From the NCBI GenBank assembly GCA_048886185.1, contig JBHLKY010000062.1:1-5555 (forward strand): a DNA stretch of 5,555 nt, in the 5' to 3' direction. A program made the position numbers and the translations under genes. Of this stretch, positions 1 through 5,555 are shown piece after piece (position 1 is the first letter of the stretch; every line of letters starts with the position of its first letter). The notes beneath the pieces were generated by a model that saw only the letters and a list, made by a program, of their open reading frames with translations, was not told the origin of the DNA and searched no databases. Source of the DNA: Candidatus Hermodarchaeota archaeon (lineage in GTDB: Archaea; Asgardarchaeota; Heimdallarchaeia; Hodarchaeales; Hodarchaeaceae).

Positions 1-624
1 ATTCTGGATATTACTGGTGGATTCAGTCCGTTCATTTCCCAGATTCCTTTATTAGACGGTTATTCTTCTAATTTTTCCTCTAAATGTTGGTTAGAGTCTC
101 TGATAAGTAATGATAGTGGTTATTTTGGATCTATCGTATTTCAAAAAGAATTTGCCAAAACTAATGCGTCTATTCACCGCACAAAGGTTCAAAACTTAAC
201 AAACATGGTTTTATGGCCCTTTAAATCTATTGAATCCTGGGAGAACTACACAATACAATACCATAACCTGAGTACAGACAATAAATACTCTGTTCTAAAA
301 TATGACAGATTTAACAGCGTTCTATGGGAAGTAAGATCTTACACGAACAATATCACCGAATGCTTATTTGTTGACACAAAGAAAGGGGTGACGACAAGGA
401 TTGAATGGCATAATAGCAGTATAATCCCTCATGATTTCATTATAGGTGATGATCTCTATCTTAGTGGTACTGTACATATGGATATTATTGAGGAACAATC
501 AGATCAAACAACTTCAGGAGCTCCACCTCCTCTTCCAATAATCTCTATAATTTTTCTCGCTGCAATACCATGTATCTATTATTTCAGCAGGATTAAGGAT
601 TTTTTTAATTGGGGGAGAAAATAA
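1..624 (+). CDS. 5'-truncated extracellular/surface protein with a C-terminal transmembrane anchor (at least 207 aa visible), probably an N-glycoprotein
   Basis: Frame 1 is open from base 1 (ILDITGGFSPFISQIPLLDGYSSNFSSKCW...) to TAA at 622-624, so the tracked 205..624 ORF is only the C-terminal part. The polar domain is followed by a linker (QSDQTTSGAPPP), a hydrophobic helix (LPIISIIFLAAIPCIYYF, nt 532-585) and a basic tail (SRIK...GRK). It has eight N-X-S/T sequons. Confidence 0.8.
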   Translation: MLDITGGFSPFISQIPLLDGYSSNFSSKCWLESLISNDSGYFGSIVFQKEFAKTNASIHRTKVQNLTNMVLWPFKSIESWENYTIQYHNLSTDNKYSVLKYDRFNSVLWEVRSYTNNITECLFVDTKKGVTTRIEWHNSSIIPHDFIIGDDLYLSGTVHMDIIEEQSDQTTSGAPPPLPIISIIFLAAIPCIYYFSRIKDFFNWGRK

Positions 625-3275
625 TAATATTTGCAAGAATTATTTTAAGGTTCAAGTCTAGGAAATGGTTACTTTTCAGACAATTTATTCTATCTTCTCT
701 GATAATTTGCAGTTTGATAATTAGCTTTCAATTGGATAATATTATCGGGTCAAGCGGTCTTGCTCAGCAATTTGAGTTAGTAGGGAAAAAAATTGGGCAA
801 GTAAGCTCATCTGATATCCGTTTTTCAGGGAATAGTAATAGTGGGATTGGGGATCTGTTTTTCATAACAAATAATTTTGATGAATGCGCCAATAAAGCAC
901 TAAAAGAAGCTATAGGTGCAAATGTGCAAGTGAAGAATTCCACTTTTGTCATAGAGTTCTGGGCAACTAGGGGAGAATCGAAAATAGAGACTTTGCTATT
1001 AACAATCGGGGATAATTTCTATTCACATCTAGTAGCTCATATAAATGTGTCAGATCAAGAAGGTACCCTATTAGTTCACAGTTATTCTATTCCTCCTGAA
1101 ATGACTAATGTTACATTAAACTTCAAGCGAGGTTCTTCCAGGGTATTCCTCGATGGCATTATCGATATAACTGAGTTTGAAACCTGGCCAAAAAGCAGTT
1201 TATTAGAAATTGTTGCAGGTGGTGCGTTTCCTGAATATTACATAACATCTTCATCCGTTGCTGCAACACTTAAGTTGGATTCTGAAGATCTTGGTGGGTA
1301 CTATGGAGAGATTAATCTTGATCCTAGTACTTTTTCTAATGTGGTTTTCTCTCTCAACAGTCAGGATATTTTATCCAAAATAGAGAGATCCCTGGAAAAC
1401 TACATGGCAAGTTATGGAGTATCATCTTTTAATGTCTATGGATATTTATTTACTGCAGCAGAATCGTTAACTCCCCTCAAAGGAGTAATAATAACTCAGA
1501 TAAAGCTTTTACAAGCCTTTCTATGGTTATTCTCATTATGGGGAATCATTAGATCTATTCAAATGATTCAATTTTCCACAATATCGAATGAACGGTTTCT
1601 TGTGTTGAGCAGCTCGAGTTGGATGTTCAGGATTGGTGATCTTCTTTTTGATACATCATTAACGACCATTCCAGCAATCTTCGTAGGAAGTTCATTAAGT
1701 AGTCTTCTCATTCAGCTTGAAGAACACGTTTTGGTTGGATTACCCTTTGGAGAGATCGTTCAGGTAAGAGAGATCTCAATCTCTATAGGGATTATCATCT
1801 ACTTTCTTGTCCTTTTTTCTCTTTCAATTATTGACTGGCAATTATTTGCAGCAAAGTCAACAGAAATTTCAACCGAAGTAGAGTACCTGCTCCTAAATCC
1901 CTTTAAACTTATAGCTCTGTTATTTCCCATTGTCATATTATTTCAATTTTTTGATGACTTAATCACATTTGATCCTGTGGTTCTTATATTGATAGTCATT
2001 GGAGTATGCATGTTTGTTTTAATGATTTCAATTATAGCATCTCTAGGAATTATTGTATGGTTTTTTTCAAAGATTACTATGATTATATGGGATAAAATGC
2101 AGATCACTTTAGGAAAAGATTTTTATTTATTAAGCAAGATATCGTCTGCTAAATTTAAGCGAAAAGCGCTGTTCTTAGTAATTATCACATCATTGTTTTC
2201 ATCATTGTCAGTCGGTAGTCTACTTATACAGAATTCCTTAGAATTAAAACATACATTCGATGAAGGTGTGCCTTTATATGTATCAGATCACAATACTTTT
2301 AACCGTACACTTGTTAAAGAAATAGCAAAACTACCAGAGATAGCTAAAATTATATCAGTTGTTCAAACAAATAAGATGGCAGACTTTGGTACAGAATTGC
2401 ATTTTTTTACAAACATTGGAAAATTCTATGGAATTCAAGCTGATCAAATCTCTTGGTTTTATGGCTCACAAGTGAAGGAATGGGGAGTCAATTTCCCCGG
2501 TCTCCTACAAAACCTCACAGGTTTACTGGTCCCGTACGAAAGATTTCCTGTTGGCACCAATTTAGAATTATATTTTTTCAATAAAAGTATAAATGCCATA
2601 GATTCTATTAAACTTGAAGTTCAAGGTCATTATCAGCAATGGGCTAATGATGAGGATCTTGACGCGGTTATCTTACCGATAGATACACTCGTTTCAATTT
2701 TGAATGCTTCGACTGAATCTTTTGAATCCAAGTACCTTATTCAACCTAAAGGTAACCTTGTTGATGTATATAATGCATTAAAAAGAGTAGTTACAGACCG
2801 AAATATCAATACAATCGATTTACAGCTTTATGCTCTTGGTAATTATGCTCTCTTGGTGCCTGCAACATTGACGATTCATTGTACCTTACTCATAATCATT
2901 GGTATTTTTGTAGTTGAGGACATCCAAAATAAAACCTACTCAAAGGAAGCACGGATAATTGCCTTCCTCGCCCTCAATCGATCTCCAAGATCAACGTATC
3001 TCAAAATTAAAATTCTAGAAGGAGTGAATTCACTGATTACGATATTATTTACCGCTCTTTTTACTAGCTTTTTAATCTCAATTCTATTATTGGAAACTGG
3101 TATGATTGATACACATCTGGTGTCGTATATCTCTGCTTCAGTTTCGTCTAGCTTTTTGCATATTGTTCCTTTATTATTTATTATCTATTTAATTGAACTC
3201 CTTCAACTTATTTTCAATGGTATTAAGTTTTTCAGGGAATATGATATTGTATTGGCTTTAAGACATTATGAGTAG
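609..3275 (+). CDS. FtsX/MacB/LolE-like (type VII) ABC transporter permease, tandem two-repeat form, 888 aa, about 10 TM segments and two large extracytoplasmic domains
   Basis: Hydropathy by eye: TM (~aa 21-41), soluble domain (~45-290), several TMs (~293-490), TM (~520-540), second soluble domain (~541-745), then three TMs. SKEARIIAFLALNRSPRSTYLKIKILEG matches the FtsX-family loop pattern (R.KE.AIL.ALGA.R..I....LLEG). The C-terminus EYDIVLALRHYE matches the MacB/LolE-type ending (LDPVEALRYE). Two LolD-like ATPases follow. The start is uncertain: TTG at 609, with the first in-frame ATG only at residue 165. Confidence 0.85.
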   Translation: MGEKIIIFARIILRFKSRKWLLFRQFILSSLIICSLIISFQLDNIIGSSGLAQQFELVGKKIGQVSSSDIRFSGNSNSGIGDLFFITNNFDECANKALKEAIGANVQVKNSTFVIEFWATRGESKIETLLLTIGDNFYSHLVAHINVSDQEGTLLVHSYSIPPEMTNVTLNFKRGSSRVFLDGIIDITEFETWPKSSLLEIVAGGAFPEYYITSSSVAATLKLDSEDLGGYYGEINLDPSTFSNVVFSLNSQDILSKIERSLENYMASYGVSSFNVYGYLFTAAESLTPLKGVIITQIKLLQAFLWLFSLWGIIRSIQMIQFSTISNERFLVLSSSSWMFRIGDLLFDTSLTTIPAIFVGSSLSSLLIQLEEHVLVGLPFGEIVQVREISISIGIIIYFLVLFSLSIIDWQLFAAKSTEISTEVEYLLLNPFKLIALLFPIVILFQFFDDLITFDPVVLILIVIGVCMFVLMISIIASLGIIVWFFSKITMIIWDKMQITLGKDFYLLSKISSAKFKRKALFLVIITSLFSSLSVGSLLIQNSLELKHTFDEGVPLYVSDHNTFNRTLVKEIAKLPEIAKIISVVQTNKMADFGTELHFFTNIGKFYGIQADQISWFYGSQVKEWGVNFPGLLQNLTGLLVPYERFPVGTNLELYFFNKSINAIDSIKLEVQGHYQQWANDEDLDAVILPIDTLVSILNASTESFESKYLIQPKGNLVDVYNALKRVVTDRNINTIDLQLYALGNYALLVPATLTIHCTLLIIIGIFVVEDIQNKTYSKEARIIAFLALNRSPRSTYLKIKILEGVNSLITILFTALFTSFLISILLLETGMIDTHLVSYISASVSSSFLHIVPLLFIIYLIELLQLIFNGIKFFREYDIVLALRHYE

Positions 3276-3278
3276 GAG
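3274..3278 (+). promoter_or_regulatory. Shine-Dalgarno site for ATPase 1
   Basis: AGGAG overlaps the permease stop (TAG 3273-3275) and lies 9 nt upstream of ATG 3288. Confidence 0.6.
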
Positions 3279-3287
3279 TAATTCTTT

Positions 3288-3992
3288 ATGACCAGTGAGG
3301 TTTCGACTCTTCAAATCATTGATTTAACAAAAATCTACCCACACCCCCTTAATCCCCAAGTTAAGACTCCTGTCTTGGTGGGTGTTAGTTTTGAACTTGA
3401 TTCCTCCGAACTTATGTATCTTTTAGGCCCTAGTGGTTCTGGTAAATCTACACTATTAAATATCCTATCTGGTACTCTAGATTTTGATGCAGGGGAAGTT
3501 CGTTTAAATGAAAAATCACTCCATCTACTTAACTTTAAAGAGCGACGAAAATATTTACAAGACGTAAAGAAAGTCGTACAGATCCCAAGATTGAACATTG
3601 ATTTTAACTTATCACTGAAGGATAATTTAAGATTACCGCTCATCCTCGCAGGTTCTTTTCCTCGTGAAGAACAAAAGAAATGTGTAAATGTTCTACTAAA
3701 GAGGATTCAGCTAGAAGAACTTATCAAAACCCCTTTGAGGAGTTTATCTGGAGGAGAATTACAGAGACTAGCAATAGGAATTGCTATCATTGTGCCTCCT
3801 AAATTACTTTTGTTAGATGAACCCACGAGTCAACTTGACCATACCAATACATTGATTATTCAAGAACTTGTAAATGAGCTGTTATTAGAGTATGACACTC
3901 TTTGCATTTTTGCCACACATGATGAATATTTACTCACAAAAAGCCATGGACGCGTTTTACGACTTGAGAGAGGAAAAATCAGGGAGGAATAA
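3288..3992 (+). CDS. ABC transporter ATP-binding protein, LolD/MacB/SalX-like (234 aa)
   Basis: Walker A GPSGSGKST (aa 47-55), Q-loop Q98, signature LSGGE (153-157), Walker B LLLLDE (173-178), D-loop SQLD, H-loop ATHD. Size and location next to an FtsX-like permease fit the LolD/MacB group. Confidence 0.95.
   Translation: MTSEVSTLQIIDLTKIYPHPLNPQVKTPVLVGVSFELDSSELMYLLGPSGSGKSTLLNILSGTLDFDAGEVRLNEKSLHLLNFKERRKYLQDVKKVVQIPRLNIDFNLSLKDNLRLPLILAGSFPREEQKKCVNVLLKRIQLEELIKTPLRSLSGGELQRLAIGIAIIVPPKLLLLDEPTSQLDHTNTLIIQELVNELLLEYDTLCIFATHDEYLLTKSHGRVLRLERGKIREE
3983..3987 (+). promoter_or_regulatory. Shine-Dalgarno site for ATPase 2
   Basis: GGAGG lies 7 nt upstream of GTG 3995, inside the last codons of ATPase 1. 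This supports the GTG start and translational coupling. Confidence 0.7.
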
Positions 3993-3994
3993 GT

Positions 3995-4642
3995 GTGGAA
4001 ATCATCATTCTCGAAAATGTGTCTTATTATCTCGCTAGTCTTAATCGCTTTATTCTTACAGATGTTAATTTCGTCGTTAATGAAGGAGATTTTGTTACTG
4101 TGAAGGGTCCATCAGGATCCGGAAAAACAACCTTGTTACATATCTGTGGCAGCTTACTGTTTCCAACTAGCGGCACAGCCAAGATTTTTGGTCTATATTC
4201 TTCAGACTCTACTGCATTACAGATACGTCCTAAGATAGGGTACGTTTTTCAAACATCGATTCTCCTTGAGCATCTTACGGTCAAAGAGAATTTTTCGATT
4301 CTTGCTCGGTGGGCTGGAATTGATAAGAGTCAGACTGAAAGGGATGGTGTTGAATTGCTTACAAAGTTTGATTTGATTGATTATTTCAATCAAATCCCCT
4401 TAAAAATGAGTTTAGGACAACGTCAACGAATTGCCTTAATTATTCCCATGTTATTAAAACCTAGGTTGATCTTAATGGATGAACCACTTGGTTCAATTGA
4501 TTTTAAGCTTCGTAACCTCATTATCAACCAAATTAAGCTAATGAAGGAAGAAGGGACTACTATGGTTGTTGTAACCCATGATTTGTCCATGGATAAAATG
4601 TCTGATGTTATATACAATCTTGTTGATGGATCGTTGAAATGA
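3995..4642 (+). CDS. ABC transporter ATP-binding protein, LolD/MacB-like (215 aa), with variant signature MSLGQ
   Basis: Walker A GPSGSGKTT, IGYVFQ Q-loop typical of LolD/MacB, signature MSLGQ (aa 138-142), Walker B LILMDE, D-loop GSID, H-loop VTHD. GTG start with a good SD. Confidence 0.95.
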   Translation: MEIIILENVSYYLASLNRFILTDVNFVVNEGDFVTVKGPSGSGKTTLLHICGSLLFPTSGTAKIFGLYSSDSTALQIRPKIGYVFQTSILLEHLTVKENFSILARWAGIDKSQTERDGVELLTKFDLIDYFNQIPLKMSLGQRQRIALIIPMLLKPRLILMDEPLGSIDFKLRNLIINQIKLMKEEGTTMVVVTHDLSMDKMSDVIYNLVDGSLK

Positions 4643-4746
4643 TCATTCTTCAAACGAAGTATTAATGTTTCTCAACCAATTATTTGATTTTATTAAAATA
4701 ATAATATAATTTATCTCCTTGACTTTGTCAGTTAAATACGAATTCT
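4643..4746. terminator. AT-rich convergent intergenic region, possible bidirectional termination zone
   Basis: Lies between two convergent stop codons. It has T-rich runs on + (TTTGATTTT 4683-4691) and only short dyads (ATTTTA-T-TAAAAT 4687-4699; TGAC-TTT-GTCA 4720-4730). There is no strong GC hairpin, which is consistent with archaeal oligo-U termination but does not prove it. Confidence 0.3.
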
Positions 4747-5034
4747 TTAACCTTTTTCATTAAGCAAGTTAACAATATCCCTTCCGATATCTGAAAGTGA
4801 GTATAATCTTCCTTTTTTTTCGTTGGGTGTAAAACAAATCACGATGTTCTTATTTTGCAACGATCTGAGATTTTTACTTACTATTGAAAAGGATATTTGT
4901 AAATTTTTAACTAATTCAGAGGGAAATTTTGGTTTAACAGCTAGCTCTTTTACTAGCTTTTGCCGATTTTTACTTCTCTTAACATAGGAAACTAGAATCC
5001 ATATTTTACGTGTCTCATCCTCCACTAAAATCAC
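4747..5034 (-). CDS. Small winged helix-turn-helix transcriptional regulator (ArsR/MarR-like fold, archaeal type), 95 aa
   Basis: RSKNRQKLVKEL-AVKPKFPSELVKNLQISFSIVSKNLRSLQNKNIV-ICFTPNEKKGRLYSLSDIG fits the wHTH pattern: P..PSE helix, VS..LR.L recognition helix, and a wing ending GRLY.L...G. It is highly basic. The start is uncertain (GTG 5034 with no well-spaced SD). Confidence 0.85.
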   Translation of the reverse strand: MILVEDETRKIWILVSYVKRSKNRQKLVKELAVKPKFPSELVKNLQISFSIVSKNLRSLQNKNIVICFTPNEKKGRLYSLSDIGRDIVNLLNEKG

Positions 5035-5065
5035 TTCATTGATTTTTCCATTCTCCCTTAGCAGG

Positions 5066-5098
5066 AACTTTTATACCTTGACTTGGAAAATAAAAGTT
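5066..5098. repeat. Perfect 9-bp inverted repeat with a 15-nt spacer
   Basis: AACTTTTAT (5066-5074) and ATAAAAGTT (5090-5098) are exact reverse complements, 32-64 nt upstream of the wHTH start. Confidence 0.75.
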
Positions 5099-5103
5099 TT
5101 TTC
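5087..5103 (-). promoter_or_regulatory. Candidate archaeal BRE-TATA promoter for the wHTH gene
   Basis: The minus strand reads GAAAAAAC-TTTTATTTT, a purine-rich BRE-like run followed by a TATA-like box, which would place a TSS near 5066. An alternative is TATAAAA on the minus strand at 5075-5069. Confidence 0.4.
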
Positions 5104-5168
5104 TCTCAGGTGGTTTTAAATTGTATTATTTGCATGAGAATACTAAACTTTGACAATGAAGCTAAACC

Positions 5169-5232
5169 AATCTTAAGATTTTAAGAATTTTAGACTCAAA
5201 AAATTACAATTTCCTCTTAAGAATTTGTTAAG
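5169..5232. repeat. 12-bp palindrome plus a cluster of TTAAG motifs, candidate operator/promoter elements
   Basis: AATCTTAAGATT (5169-5180) is a perfect palindrome. TTAAGAATTT is directly repeated at 5181-5190 and 5217-5226. TCTTAAGA recurs at 5215-5222. TTAAG starts at 5173, 5181, 5217 and 5228. Confidence 0.55.
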
Positions 5233-5278
5233 TTACAACCATCTCCCCTAGTAAAAGGATTTTTTATTATTAAAAAGT

Positions 5279-5503
5279 GTGGAAATTAACTTCCGATATT
5301 CCTTAGTTGCTATCGATAACAATGCTTCTGGTACCTATACGATTGAGATAATTTATTTTGGATATCTGGTGAAAGAAGGCTCTGGTGACACCTGTGTATG
5401 GGATATTTCTGCCTGGTTAAATCAGCTTACTTCCTCCTCATCTATGGTTCAAATCAACCAATTTCGGGATTATCGTTTTTTCTGCGCCTTCTTATATTTG
5501 TAA
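5279..5503 (+). CDS. Doubtful 74-aa hypothetical ORF or gene remnant
   Basis: GTG start without an SD and no recognisable family. The N-terminal half (YSLVAIDNNASGTYTIEIIYFG) reads like a beta-rich extracellular fragment, but this is only an impression. Confidence 0.25.
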   Translation: MEINFRYSLVAIDNNASGTYTIEIIYFGYLVKEGSGDTCVWDISAWLNQLTSSSSMVQINQFRDYRFFCAFLYL

Positions 5504-5542
5504 GTCTCAGTCTGATCCCTCTAAAATGATATCGGGATTAAT

Positions 5543-5547
5543 GGAGG
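5543..5547 (+). promoter_or_regulatory. Possible SD for a gene starting at or just beyond the window end
   Basis: GGAGG is followed by 8 nt to the end of the window. The downstream start codon cannot be seen. Confidence 0.25.
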
Positions 5548-5555
5548 ATGATTAA

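Noticed and set aside
205-207. ATG 205 as the start of the first gene
   Set aside because: The frame is open back to base 1 with coding-like, sequon-bearing sequence, so this is an internal Met.
764-952. 62-aa minus-strand ORF
   Set aside because: It lies entirely antisense to the well-supported permease and has no motifs, so it is a shadow ORF.
936-2711. Seven N-X-S/T sequons in the permease extracytoplasmic domains
   Set aside because: Only 7 of about 33 Asn are in sequons, close to chance, and two more occur in predicted cytoplasmic loops. They are compatible with glycosylation but are not evidence for it.
3335-3643. 102-aa minus-strand ORF
   Set aside because: It is antisense to ATPase 1. 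DLPEPLGP is the usual antisense read of the Walker A codons.
4423-4653. 76-aa minus-strand ORF
   Set aside because: It is an antisense shadow of ATPase 2, with a TTG start and no well-placed SD.
4714-4730. TGAC-N3-GTCA dyad and a minus-strand AAGGAG SD-like sequence
   Set aside because: The arms are only 4 bp and no start codon or ORF follows at a usable spacing.
4813-4820. A8 tract in the wHTH gene and A7/T7 tracts in the permease as phase-variation sites
   Set aside because: They are short, in frame, encode ordinary Lys/Phe runs and are expected at this AT content.
5275-5286. AAGTGTGGAAAT identical at 3991-4002 and 5275-5286, both spanning GTG starts
   Set aside because: About one or more 12-mer matches are expected by chance in 5.5 kb of AT-rich DNA, and the match does not extend.
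5461-5540. TCGGGATTA repeated 68 nt apart, a CRISPR-like period
   Set aside because: Only 9-12 bp match, there are two copies with no convincing third, and no cas genes are present.

Overview
AT-rich window (roughly one-third GC by eye) that looks archaeal, possibly Asgard (inferred from the small winged-helix family, BRE/TATA-like elements, GGAGG ribosome-binding sites and a sequon-rich surface protein). The + strand carries a tightly packed, probable four-gene operon. It encodes a 5'-truncated surface protein with a C-terminal membrane anchor (<1..624), an 888-aa tandem FtsX/MacB/LolE-like permease (609..3275), and two different LolD/MacB-family ABC ATPases (3288..3992 and 3995..4642), the second with a non-canonical signature motif. 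A 95-aa winged-helix regulator (5034..4747, -) converges on the operon. Its upstream region holds a 9-15-9 inverted repeat that overlaps TATA-like boxes, a 12-bp perfect palindrome and TTAAG repeats. A doubtful 74-aa ORF ends the window. No RNA genes, CRISPR arrays or mobile elements are supported. The best candidate for an undescribed system is a type VII (Lol/MacB-like) ABC module with a heterodimeric ATPase pair and a membrane-tethered, possibly LolA-like glycoprotein partner. This is a hypothesis, not an established result.
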